A stretch of DNA of 41,498 nucleotides from a virus (lineage: Duplodnaviria > Caudoviricetes). The notes beneath the pieces are model-generated. The model searched no databases. It was not told where the DNA came from and was given only the letters and a program-made list of their open reading frames with translations. The stretch covers positions 1 through 41,498 of the IMG/VR virus record IMGVR_UViG_3300014208_000014. The stretch is one strand, 5' to 3'. Shown piece by piece: positions 26,067-34,925 of the stretch. The first letter of the stretch is position 1. The number at the start of each line of letters is the position of its first letter. The position numbers were made by a program, and so were the translations under genes.

Positions 26067-26246
26067 ATGTCTAAGCCTAAATGTCCTAATCATCATTGTG
26101 AGTTCATCAACATTGACCTTGCTCACGGTTCCGCTCAATGTCCTGTGTCTCTGTGTCTGTTTACCGTTTCAGCTAGAGGCGATGGCGTAAAGCTGGACAA
26201 AGCAGGAAACAAAGTAGTTGACTACGAAATAACCGGCTGGGATTGA
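26067..26246 (+). CDS. Cys-rich micro-protein (59 aa, not in ORF track)
   Basis: MSKPKCPNHHCEFINIDLAHGSAQCPVSLCLFTVSARGDGVKLDKAGNKVVDYEITGWD*; directly before a terminator. Confidence 0.6.
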   Translation: MSKPKCPNHHCEFINIDLAHGSAQCPVSLCLFTVSARGDGVKLDKAGNKVVDYEITGWD

Positions 26247-26266
26247 CGCCGGATCTCCGGACACTT

Positions 26267-26303
26267 AAAAAGCCCCTATTTTCATTCGATTATAGGGGCT
26301 TTT
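26267..26303. terminator. Bidirectional intrinsic terminator
   Basis: AAAAAGCCCCTAT...ATAGGGGCTTTT between convergent clusters. Confidence 0.75.
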
Positions 26304-26381
26304 GTTGTGGGGTAATACCTGAACACCACTTTTAACTTTGCGGGGCTTAAAACGCAAGTGAAGGGGATAATTTTAGGCAAC

Positions 26382-26413
26382 AAAAAAGCCAGTGATTGTT
26401 ATTTCACTGGCTT
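26382..26413 (-). terminator. Intrinsic terminator of the leftward cluster
   Basis: AAGCCAGTGA/TCACTGGCTT stem with an A6 tract (U-tract on - strand). Confidence 0.75.
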
Positions 26414-26434
26414 ATCTTGTTTGTCCTGTCTGTT

Positions 26435-26644
26435 TCAATGTTCTCCTAGATGGCCACCTAACCAACAAGCATCGCTGAACCTTTGGGGGTCAAAGGCCGG
26501 ATGGTTGTTTTTTAGGGTTGTACCCATAAGGTCAATTAACTTGGTGGGGTCAATGTACAGGACACCAAAGTCATCAAGTCCTTTTTCGATTGATCGGTTG
26601 ATAACATCGGCAATCAGTTGATAATCTTTTTTAGTCATGTTCAA
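26435..26644 (-). CDS. Hypothetical phage protein
   Basis: MTKKDYQLIADVI...P.FD..RF..AC pattern common in small phage early proteins. Confidence 0.7.
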   Translation of the reverse strand: MNMTKKDYQLIADVINRSIEKGLDDFGVLYIDPTKLIDLMGTTLKNNHPAFDPQRFSDACWLGGHLGEH

Positions 26645-26843
26645 GAATGTGATGAAGCTCTAAAGCTTGTTCAGCGGTAAGGTCAAGTTGAAAGCTGATA
26701 ATCTTGTCCAGCAGTTTAGCGGTTTTTACTAGCTCTTGGCAGCAGGTTAGCTTGATATGCTCTGGCACTTTGGGGTTGACTAGCAAGTCCGCGCTTATTC
26801 GCGCCTCCGTTTCCCACGAGGGGGGGGTCAGTAAGATTTTCAT
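26631..26843 (-). CDS. Hypothetical protein
   Basis: Coupled ORF in the leftward cluster. Confidence 0.6.
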   Translation of the reverse strand: MKILLTPPSWETEARISADLLVNPKVPEHIKLTCCQELVKTAKLLDKIISFQLDLTAEQALELHHILEHD

Positions 26844-26852
26844 AGTATATTA

Positions 26853-27059
26853 TTAATTAATGGGGTAATGGCGACAGAATCGGTCATAATCGCGGCAAGC
26901 GAAAACGAAAAGCAGCAAAGACAGAAGGGTAATACAGGCCGTAACTATCCAGATAAACGCGTCATCTATTAACAGCCCTATCACCGCCCAAATCCCCGTG
27001 TTACTTCCGGCTATCCCTGCATACAACAGAAATTTAATTGTCTCAAGTTTTTTATTCAT
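26853..27059 (-). CDS. Two-TM membrane protein
   Basis: Two hydrophobic segments. Confidence 0.6.
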   Translation of the reverse strand: MNKKLETIKFLLYAGIAGSNTGIWAVIGLLIDDAFIWIVTACITLLSLLLFVFACRDYDRFCRHYPIN

Positions 27060-27346
27060 AATTCAATTTTGGTTAAACCTGGGGGCAAAACTTCCTCTAT
27101 TTCAAGCCCTAATGCCTGCAATGCCCTAATGTCGCCAATGTTGATGCTAGGCTTGCCTACTAACGCCTCTACCGCTTTAGCCTGTGCGCCTGTAAGTTTT
27201 AAATCCTCTCTTCCGTACGCCAGCCGCCGATAGAATTGCACCGTACAATTTTTTTGCTTTGAGGCAATAGATTTTACTGCGCTTTTCCCCGATTCTACTA
27301 TTGAAGTTGGTAAGGTTTTTACTAACTCCATTACTTTTTTAGTCAT
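27056..27346 (-). CDS. Hypothetical protein
   Basis: First gene of the leftward cluster. Confidence 0.65.
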   Translation of the reverse strand: MTKKVMELVKTLPTSIVESGKSAVKSIASKQKNCTVQFYRRLAYGREDLKLTGAQAKAVEALVGKPSINIGDIRALQALGLEIEEVLPPGLTKIEL

Positions 27347-28184
27347 AGTTGATTAATAGCTGATGGTATAATTAAGTTTGGGTATGTAACTAGCTAGTGT
27401 GTTACTAGACTAGCTATTAATCTGATTGTCAATGATCAAGGTATAGAGTGTGCAGGTGTTCCTTGTCTATAACTCCGTCAGGAGTGAAGCATAGAGTTGT
27501 ATAGGAAGTCAAGGGCAAAATATTATAAGAGTATGGGGCAAGGGACGGACAATGTAATATATTTTTTACAACTGTAACACCCTGTTACCACTGTTGTTAC
27601 CACTTTTCTGGCTTGTTCAAGCCTTTTCTCAATTGTGACAGTGTGTGACAGTTTTTTTTATATATATATAAGAATCAAGAGAATTTAATTACTCTTTTTT
27701 TTTATATATATATATAAAAAATAAAAAAACTATTGATTCATATATATATTTTTTTTTTGTTTTATTTAAGCCTAAATTCCTTGTCGTGTTATGGTAACAA
27801 GGGCGGTGTCTAGTGGTACTATGCCCTATTGATAAGCCGTTTTTTTTGAGCGCAAAGAAGTGTATGGGTCAAGAGAGCTTTTTTTGAAGATCTAATTTAG
27901 GGCTAAAGAAAGCGAAAAAATGCACTTTCTTCTCCCGTCTTTTGTCTATCTGCTGAGCTTTGCGGCTCATCTATGCTTTATAGTTATAAGGCTAAGATAG
28001 CTATAGTTGACTCTGGAATGGCTTATACAAGCCAATAGATAAAGTAAACCGATTGCGCGTGGTGGTATGAGTATAACTATCCCCCACCCTCTATATGAAA
28101 GTTTTAAGAGTAAAGTATATTTTTCTCAAAATTCCAAATTTTGTAAAGTGGAAAAAATGGATAGAAATTTTTTGAGGAGTAAAG
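27347..28184. other. Large non-coding region, candidate replication origin/packaging-initiation and divergent promoter region
   Basis: TGT(T/G/A)AC iteron-like repeats, (TA)n and poly-T tracts, a perfect 22-bp palindrome at 27699-27720; lies just upstream of terS. Confidence 0.55.
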
Positions 28185-28223
28185 TTGACAGGTGAGAAGC
28201 GGGGGGAGGATAAATTAACAAAC

Positions 28224-28775
28224 ATGGAAGAACAAGAGTTTTTGATAGAAGGGAAGAAGGGAATGGAGTGGGCGCCTGAGATAGGGGATAAGAGGGTAGC
28301 GCAGGATGGGCAGAGGAGGCAGGTGTTGGAAAATTATTTAAACCCGGATAGTGAAAGTTACGGAGATTTGGAAAAGAGCATGGTAAGGGCGGGATATGCA
28401 AGAGGCATAGCAGCGGGATTGAGTGAAGAGCCGCCGAAGTGGTTAAAACAGGTGGTGAGGAGGGTGCAGATAGTGGAGCAAAGTGAGGAGGTATTGGCGC
28501 AGTTCACGAGTGCGGAGTATCAGATGAACGACAGGATAAAAGCGGATATGGCGAGGTTTGCGTTAGAGAGATTGGGTAGGGACACATATGGAGTAAAGAG
28601 TAAAGAAGAGAGGGAAGAGGAGAAGAGGATAGGGCTAGGGGAAGAGGGGAAAGCCTTAGTAGAAATAATGTTAAAAGAATATGCAAATAAGCGGTTGGTA
28701 TCAAGGGGAGAGAGCCATAGAGGGGGAGAAGAAGATATGGGAGGTAAAGAAGGAGGGGGTCAAGGAGTATCTTGA
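28224..28775 (+). CDS. Putative terminase small subunit
   Basis: YLNPDSESYGD...S..RAGYA HTH-like motif; directly upstream of and overlapping terL; ATG at 28224 preferred. Confidence 0.7.
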   Translation: MEEQEFLIEGKKGMEWAPEIGDKRVAQDGQRRQVLENYLNPDSESYGDLEKSMVRAGYARGIAAGLSEEPPKWLKQVVRRVQIVEQSEEVLAQFTSAEYQMNDRIKADMARFALERLGRDTYGVKSKEEREEEKRIGLGEEGKALVEIMLKEYANKRLVSRGESHRGGEEDMGGKEGGGQGVS

Positions 28776-30150
28776 GCTAGATATTGAGAAATTCGGGGCA
28801 TATTGCTTACCGGAGCACATTAAGGAGGAGGTACCGGAGTTTCACCGAGAGATTTACAGATTGATACAAGACAGCGGGGAGAAGAGGGTGGCGGTAGCGG
28901 CGCCGAGAGGACACGCGAAGAGTACGGTTGTATCCTTAGTTGGTGTATTACATACTGCTTTAACGAAGAAGAGCCGGTTTATCATTATCACGAGCAACAC
29001 CTACAATCAGGCTAAACTGTTTCTAGAAACGATAAAGAGGGAACTGAGTACGAATGAGATGATAAAGTTTGTATATGGGGAGCAAGAGACGGATAAGTGG
29101 GCGGAGGGGGAGATAGAGTTAAAATGTGGGGTAAAGATCATGGCGAAGGGGTGTGGGCAGCAGATGAGAGGATTAAAATACATGAATACGAGGCCGGACT
29201 TTGTAGTGTTAGATGATTTGGAAAACGATGAGTTGGTGCAGAGTAAAGAGAGGAGGGAGAAGTTAGAGCGTTGGTTCAATGCTGAGGTATTGCCATCTCT
29301 TGCTCCAAAAGGGCGGGTGGTATACGTTGGGACAATCATTCATGAAGATGCGCTTTTGTTGAAGGTTCTGACGAAATATCCGGGTTGGACGACCAGGATT
29401 TACAAAGCGATAAAAGAAGATGGAACGACGTTGTGGCCAGCGTTGTATACGATTGAGAAATTGTGGCAGATAAAGGAGAACTACGAGAAGGTAGGGGAAG
29501 GGCATTTGTTCTGGAGTGAGTACATGAACACGCCGATGGATGACAGTATTCGGGAGTTTAAGCGGGAGTTTTTCAAATATTACAAACCATGGGAATTGCC
29601 GCAGAATCTAAGGATAATCACGAGTGTAGACTTGGCAATAAGCAAGAAAGACGGGGCGGATGATACGGTGGTAATGACGATAGGGATAGGGGCAGATAAC
29701 ACAAAATACGTGATTGAGTATTCTGCTGAGAAGATGGATTTGTTTGAAACAGTGGAGGAGATTTTCAAACATATCAACAGGCACAAAAGCCAGATTCTGG
29801 TGATTGAGAATGTGGCATATCAGGAGGCGATGGTGCAGCTGATGAAGAAGGAGATGCAGTTAAGGAACCAGTATGTAAAGATCGAGCCGGTAGCGACGCG
29901 GATGGACAAATACCAGAGGATTAGGGGGCTACTGCCGCATTACCGGATGGGTAAAGTCTTTCATAGAGCGTTAGAGAGTGAGAAACTAGAGGGGGAGTTG
30001 TTAAGCTTTCCGAGGGGAAAACATGATGATATACCCGATGCTTTATCTCTTGGTTTAAATTTTTGGAATACGCCATTGTTAAAGATACCGATGGGGATAG
30101 TGGCAAAAGGGACGAGCATAAAGGAGTTAATGAAAAAAGAGTTTGCGTAA
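28681..30150 (+). CDS. terL: Terminase large subunit
   Basis: APRGHAKST Walker A, RPDFVVLDDLEND Walker B, VYVGT, SVDLA, and FPRGKHDDIPDAL nuclease motifs. Confidence 0.95.
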   Translation: MQISGWYQGERAIEGEKKIWEVKKEGVKEYLELDIEKFGAYCLPEHIKEEVPEFHREIYRLIQDSGEKRVAVAAPRGHAKSTVVSLVGVLHTALTKKSRFIIITSNTYNQAKLFLETIKRELSTNEMIKFVYGEQETDKWAEGEIELKCGVKIMAKGCGQQMRGLKYMNTRPDFVVLDDLENDELVQSKERREKLERWFNAEVLPSLAPKGRVVYVGTIIHEDALLLKVLTKYPGWTTRIYKAIKEDGTTLWPALYTIEKLWQIKENYEKVGEGHLFWSEYMNTPMDDSIREFKREFFKYYKPWELPQNLRIITSVDLAISKKDGADDTVVMTIGIGADNTKYVIEYSAEKMDLFETVEEIFKHINRHKSQILVIENVAYQEAMVQLMKKEMQLRNQYVKIEPVATRMDKYQRIRGLLPHYRMGKVFHRALESEKLEGELLSFPRGKHDDIPDALSLGLNFWNTPLLKIPMGIVAKGTSIKELMKKEFA

Positions 30151-30199
30151 AGTAAAATTGTCAAGTAGAATTTAAGTATGAACAATTTAAAAAACATTT

Positions 30200-30412
30200 A
30201 TGGCTAAGACAAATGGGGGCAAACTGGCGAAATTAGCTATGCAGGTAGCTAGGGCAACTACAAGACCAGATAGACTGGTTAGAAATGCGTTATACATGGG
30301 GGGAATGTGGTCAAACAACACAGATAATGCGGATTTTAGTCGTCCAGTTGTGTGGACAAGGGCCAAGAACCAGCAGATGTTCATAAACGCGTTTAAACAA
30401 GACAATCGTTAG
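30200..30412 (+). CDS. Small hypothetical protein
   Basis: 70 aa, between terL and portal. Confidence 0.55.
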   Translation: MAKTNGGKLAKLAMQVARATTRPDRLVRNALYMGGMWSNNTDNADFSRPVVWTRAKNQQMFINAFKQDNR

Positions 30413-30414
30413 CT

Positions 30415-30594
30415 ATGGACAAAATAGATTTCAGGAAACCGGTAGACCATACGAGAGACGACGTGGTGAATGCAGCGCCGCCGGAGAAGAGTATCTACAG
30501 CAACCCGGTAACCATGATGAACGAGGTAAGAAACCCAACCAGTAAACAGGTGGGGGCCAAGCCGGACATGACATACCCACGAAAAAACATTTAA
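30415..30594 (+). CDS. Small hypothetical protein (59 aa, not in ORF track)
   Basis: MDKIDFRKPVDHTRDDVVNAAPPEKSIYSNPVTMMNEVRNPTSKQVGAKPDMTYPRKNI*. Confidence 0.5.
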   Translation: MDKIDFRKPVDHTRDDVVNAAPPEKSIYSNPVTMMNEVRNPTSKQVGAKPDMTYPRKNI

Positions 30595-30624
30595 GTAAAA
30601 AGTCAAAATTTAACTTTATAGGCG

Positions 30625-30777
30625 ATGAAAAAGTCGAAAGGCTCCGTAGGTGGTACTCTAGGTAAAGCGCTCCTAAAACAGGCCGTTAAATCATCAGGAG
30701 AGGCCGTCAAGAAAGGGGCGAGGAAGTTAGGAAGGCGAGTTGGGAGAGGAGTAAATAAAATTTTGGGCAATAAATAA
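30625..30777 (+). CDS. Small cationic G/K/R-rich protein (50 aa, not in ORF track)
   Basis: MKKSKGSVGGTLGKALLKQAVKSSGEAVKKGARKLGRRVGRGVNKILGNK*. Confidence 0.5.
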   Translation: MKKSKGSVGGTLGKALLKQAVKSSGEAVKKGARKLGRRVGRGVNKILGNK

Positions 30778-30787
30778 TTTAAAAGGC

Positions 30788-31075
30788 ATGGAAGAAGTAC
30801 AGGCACAGGTAGAGATATGGGGGATACCGGGAGCTATACTGACACAGCGGGCATGGGAGAAGATGGGGTATAACAGTCTGGTTGAGTATGTAGAAGACCT
30901 GGTAAAAGAAGGAGATCCGGCGATAATTAGGAGGTTTCAGCATCTTCCCCTTGTTTCCTTTGGTTTACTCAATGTGGAGACGGGAGAGAAGAGTATTTTA
31001 AAGTTGTGTGATACGGTAAAGGATCTGCCCACGGAAGACCTCCCTGGGGTATTAGAGTTTAAGAAAGAACAATAA
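30788..31075 (+). CDS. Hypothetical protein
   Basis: TAATG stop/start overlap with the portal gene. Confidence 0.65.
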   Translation: MEEVQAQVEIWGIPGAILTQRAWEKMGYNSLVEYVEDLVKEGDPAIIRRFQHLPLVSFGLLNVETGEKSILKLCDTVKDLPTEDLPGVLEFKKEQ

Positions 31076-33057
31076 TGACAAACGAAGATTTAACCAAGTC
31101 GAATATCCAGGTAACTGAAGTAGAGGGGATATGGGCGAGGAGGAGAAATCGTATGCAGCAGAGAAGGGCGTATTTTGAACCGCTGTGGCGGGCGGGTATA
31201 AGCAGGTTTTTTGAAGGTATAATCTCGCAGGCGAATAATGGGTCTAGGCCTTTATACAATTCACTTTACGAGCAGTATGATATCTCTATGTTTAGCCGTG
31301 ATGGGCTTCGATTTAATCAGCTTCGGTATCCCTTTGTACATGCTCTTACGATGAGGGGATTAGCGGCGGAGTTACCGAATAAACCCAAGGTGAATTTTGT
31401 TGCTGTTGGTAGTAATGATCCTACTAAGGCGACAGCATTTAGGCACCTGTTTAATCAGGTTTTGTATGAAATGGATGCAGATGAAGAAGATTTTGAAGTA
31501 TTTTTAGATAAACGTATTTTTGGGTCAGCGATTTGTCTGGTGACGACGGAACAGTATGATTTAACTGTCCAAGACCCTGAGTATGTACCAAGTACAGGGA
31601 GTTATAAGTATGTAAAAAAGACGAAGAAGGTTCGGCAGTGCTTGTACAAAAAATTAGATCTAAGACACGTTCTTTTGGATGAGCATTGCGTAAAAAGCAG
31701 TCTGAAGGATTGTAGATATGCAGAGATTACTGAGTATTTTTCTCCTGGAGAGGCAGAGATAAGATTTGCTGGGAAGGAGTACGACCAGAATCAGGTCAAG
31801 AAAGCGCTTGCTTGTCCTGTTCAGAAGGATGAGGCGATGATTTATGAACAACTTTATGATACAAAGGACATAGACTTCATCCGGGTGTCGCATTGTATGG
31901 ATGTGGATGCCGACAGATATCATGTTTTGTTGAATGGAAACCTGGTTAATGGGGCTGGTACGCCGCTTCCCAGAATAGCTGGGAGGAGGGGGAAAGAGTT
32001 ACCTTTGGCTTTAGCAGTACAGTACAAGATGCCAGGGGCTCCCTATGGTTATGCAGATGCTCATATAACAACGAGTTTCAATCATATCAAGAACTTGGTC
32101 AGGTTAATGGTTTTGGAGATAACGCAGAAGAGTGCCAAGCCATTAATGGCTATTGATCCGATGAGTGCCTTTGATGAACAGGGATTTGAGTGGGGACAGG
32201 ATTTTATCAGAGTGAGTCCAAATGAGTTAAAGGAGGTGAAGATGACTCCTGATTTGGGTATGCTCTACAAACTGGATGAGACGACTGACAATGATGTTAT
32301 CCGGGCTTCTGGACTCAATATTAACGATACGACTAATCAGGACGCGTCTGAGACGGCTAGGAAAACGATTATCAGAAGAGAGAGTCAGAATGCTCTGATT
32401 GAAATGGGTATGAATTACATGGCATCCTCTTTCTTTTCCAGATTGTATAGACTTTTGAAGGATGATGTGAAGTTGCATTATGGGGCTATGTTAAAGGCAG
32501 GAATGCCGATTCAGGTGAAGACTGAGGGAGAATATTTGAGACGAAAAAATGGTGGATTTGATACTGAAACGGTAGATGGTTTTAGGTATTTTGATTTACA
32601 GCCTGAGGACATAGATTTCGATTTGGAATTGGATTTGGAGCTTGGTAACCTGGCTAGTAGCAGGGAATTGGATAAGGCAATTCAAAAAGAAGGGATTGAG
32701 GCTATGCTTCAGGTTCCACCGGATGGTTTCTCGCCAGAAGGATTAGCTAGGTGGATTGCAGAGATTAATGCTATGCCTGATTATGTCTTGGCTAAGGCTG
32801 AACAGTCTATGCAAGGAACGCCAGAAGAGATAGCTAGGGGTGCCATCAGTGATCCAGGTCTTTTGCCAGAGAGTATGCAACCTCAAAATTTACAACCAAA
32901 GCCAGAACAACAAATAGCCCAAGCACAAAATGTTCAAGAAAATGAAACAGGCATACCGCCTGCTGCGAATCCTGGAGCGAGTATCTTATCAAAAGTCCCT
33001 CTTAACCCAGCTGGAAAAGGAGCAGCTAGCCCACCTAGCAGTCCTGCCCGAATATAA
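31075..33057 (+). CDS. Portal protein (P22-like)
   Basis: 660 aa after terL; PYGY and ETA...IRRE motifs, Q/P-rich C-terminal tail. Confidence 0.8.
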   Translation: MTNEDLTKSNIQVTEVEGIWARRRNRMQQRRAYFEPLWRAGISRFFEGIISQANNGSRPLYNSLYEQYDISMFSRDGLRFNQLRYPFVHALTMRGLAAELPNKPKVNFVAVGSNDPTKATAFRHLFNQVLYEMDADEEDFEVFLDKRIFGSAICLVTTEQYDLTVQDPEYVPSTGSYKYVKKTKKVRQCLYKKLDLRHVLLDEHCVKSSLKDCRYAEITEYFSPGEAEIRFAGKEYDQNQVKKALACPVQKDEAMIYEQLYDTKDIDFIRVSHCMDVDADRYHVLLNGNLVNGAGTPLPRIAGRRGKELPLALAVQYKMPGAPYGYADAHITTSFNHIKNLVRLMVLEITQKSAKPLMAIDPMSAFDEQGFEWGQDFIRVSPNELKEVKMTPDLGMLYKLDETTDNDVIRASGLNINDTTNQDASETARKTIIRRESQNALIEMGMNYMASSFFSRLYRLLKDDVKLHYGAMLKAGMPIQVKTEGEYLRRKNGGFDTETVDGFRYFDLQPEDIDFDLELDLELGNLASSRELDKAIQKEGIEAMLQVPPDGFSPEGLARWIAEINAMPDYVLAKAEQSMQGTPEEIARGAISDPGLLPESMQPQNLQPKPEQQIAQAQNVQENETGIPPAANPGASILSKVPLNPAGKGAASPPSSPARI

Positions 33058-33295
33058 GGTGTTTGAGCGTCTTTTGGGTAATATCATAACAGATTTGGAA
33101 AACAGGACTTTTAAGGACGCACAGACCTTGGACGAGTTCCTGGGAGTGAAGTGGGCTAGGATGATAGTTAAACTAGTTGTAATGCAAGTAAGGAGAGAGT
33201 ATGATGTAGTCATAACGAAGGCAATGAAGAAAGAAACAGCTGAGGCTAGAATGGTAGAGGAATTTGAAAAGTTACCTGATAATGTAAGCTTATAA
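32930..33295 (+). CDS. Hypothetical helical protein (post-portal position)
   Basis: LAVLPEYKVFE...G helical pattern typical of small post-portal genes; overlaps the portal 3' end. Confidence 0.6.
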   Translation: MFKKMKQAYRLLRILERVSYQKSLLTQLEKEQLAHLAVLPEYKVFERLLGNIITDLENRTFKDAQTLDEFLGVKWARMIVKLVVMQVRREYDVVITKAMKKETAEARMVEEFEKLPDNVSL

Positions 33296-33310
33296 GTAAA
33301 CATAATTACT

Positions 33311-33490
33311 ATGGCAAAAGAAGAACAGAAGGTATTGGAAATTTTGGAAGAAGGAGAGGGGAGAACTGGCAATACTAAGGTTGGCCCAGGACATATGCGA
33401 GTGAGTAGAGCTAGTCGGGTTACAAATGTTAGTTATAATGCTGGTCAGATTTTAAGACCTGGTGCTTCTCCTGGGGCAACCGGCCTTTGA
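33311..33490 (+). CDS. Small hypothetical protein (59 aa, not in ORF track)
   Basis: MAKEEQKVLEILEEGEGRTGNTKVGPGHMRVSRASRVTNVSYNAGQILRPGASPGATGL*. Confidence 0.5.
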   Translation: MAKEEQKVLEILEEGEGRTGNTKVGPGHMRVSRASRVTNVSYNAGQILRPGASPGATGL

Positions 33491-33508
33491 ACATTAAAAA
33501 CTAGAAAC

Positions 33509-33571
33509 TTTTTAGCAGACTGCTGGAGGGGTTTAGCCATCACTGGCACCCCGCCAAGAGTCTGTTAAAAA
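33509..33571 (+). promoter_or_regulatory. Long structured leader hairpin upstream of the scaffold gene
   Basis: TTTTTAGCAGACT...AGTCTGTTAAAAA outer stem enclosing GGGGT/ACCCC or GCCA-TCAC-TGGC. Confidence 0.6.
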
Positions 33572-33604
33572 CAGGCTAAATTAATTCGTATCAAAAAAAA
33601 GAAT

Positions 33605-34420
33605 ATGACAGAAGAAATCACCCCTGCCAATCCTTCTCAGACTGAGAAGAAAGTGGTAAGTGAAGTAGAGGTTCCCGAATTTGCTCCTGCTGCTAAAAAG
33701 GAAGAGGTAGTCGAAGAGAAGAAAGAAGAAGTAGCCCCTGTAGAGGTTCCCCCACAAGAGGAAGATGAACAAGCTATTTTACAAAAACGACTAAAGGGAG
33801 CAATAACAGAGGTAGAGAAGAAAAACGATGAAGTCCGAAGAGTGGTAGAACTACAGGTTGATTTAGTGAAAGATAATCCTGAGTTAATCCATAAGATTGC
33901 GACTTCTGACCCGGTTCTCGCCAATAAAGTTATCTTAAAAGTTTGGGGAGCAGAAGGAATAAGGTCATATAAACAGTTGATGGAAAGGGCTAAGATTGAG
34001 GAGTTAAAGGCTACTGACCCGACGTTATATGAGACGAAGAGCGAGATGATGCGAATTAAAGCACAGCTTGAAGCTCAAAGAATCAAGGAGCAGGAGAAGG
34101 CAAAGAAGGCGTTTCTTGCATCTAAGAAGATTTTGGAAAATGAGTACGACCCAAAGTATAAAAAGCTTCAAGAGGCTATGGATAATCTTAATCCAGCCTT
34201 GGTTACTGAGGACTACGAGAAAGCGCTAGGAATGGCGCATACAATCGCCTTTGGCGGAAAAGTAGTAGAAGGTACCGAGGTAGAGCTGCCTAGATTAGCT
34301 CCGATAGGAACGGGAACGCGACCTGCCCCACTTCCTAAAGAAAAAGGTGGTTATAGCGAGCAGACAACTTGGCTTGCTAAAGCGCTGGAAGAGAAAAGAG
34401 GTTACAAAAATATTTTATAA
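33605..34420 (+). CDS. Putative capsid scaffolding protein
   Basis: Acidic disordered N-terminus, coiled coil, position between portal and capsid. Confidence 0.7.
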   Translation: MTEEITPANPSQTEKKVVSEVEVPEFAPAAKKEEVVEEKKEEVAPVEVPPQEEDEQAILQKRLKGAITEVEKKNDEVRRVVELQVDLVKDNPELIHKIATSDPVLANKVILKVWGAEGIRSYKQLMERAKIEELKATDPTLYETKSEMMRIKAQLEAQRIKEQEKAKKAFLASKKILENEYDPKYKKLQEAMDNLNPALVTEDYEKALGMAHTIAFGGKVVEGTEVELPRLAPIGTGTRPAPLPKEKGGYSEQTTWLAKALEEKRGYKNIL

Positions 34421-34437
34421 TTTTATAATAATTTATC

Positions 34438-34887
34438 ATGAGTGGAGTACGATTAGTGTCTGGCATGAAGACCTCCAATACCCAGGGAAGAATCCTGGCT
34501 AATAGCACATATTTGGACAATAAAGATTTTGTGACTATTGACGCAAATGGCTTCCTTGCGAGGACGGCTGCTGCCGAAAAGATTACTGGTATCTACATTG
34601 GTACTAGTGTCACTGCTACCATTGACAATCAGACGGTGGCAAAGGTTGTTGGTTACTACGAACCAATTCAGGAAGACATGGAGTTTGAATTGACCTCTGA
34701 CCAAGCTTGTACGGATACCGACGTTGGTGCATATGCTGATATCAAGTTATCAACCAATGCTTTCCAACTGGATTTGGCCGCTGGAGCTTCTGGTCAGATG
34801 TATGTAATTGATTACGATGTGAACGCGACTACGACTGTGAGATGTAAGGTTGCTGAGCCCGCAGGACTTGCTTTTGCGCTGGCTTAA
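34438..34887 (+). CDS. Putative capsid decoration/cement protein
   Basis: 149 aa beta-rich protein immediately before the MCP. Confidence 0.6.
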   Translation: MSGVRLVSGMKTSNTQGRILANSTYLDNKDFVTIDANGFLARTAAAEKITGIYIGTSVTATIDNQTVAKVVGYYEPIQEDMEFELTSDQACTDTDVGAYADIKLSTNAFQLDLAAGASGQMYVIDYDVNATTTVRCKVAEPAGLAFALA

Positions 34888-34925
34888 AGGATAGGGAAAC
34901 TAATTTTTAATTTATTTAATTTAAT

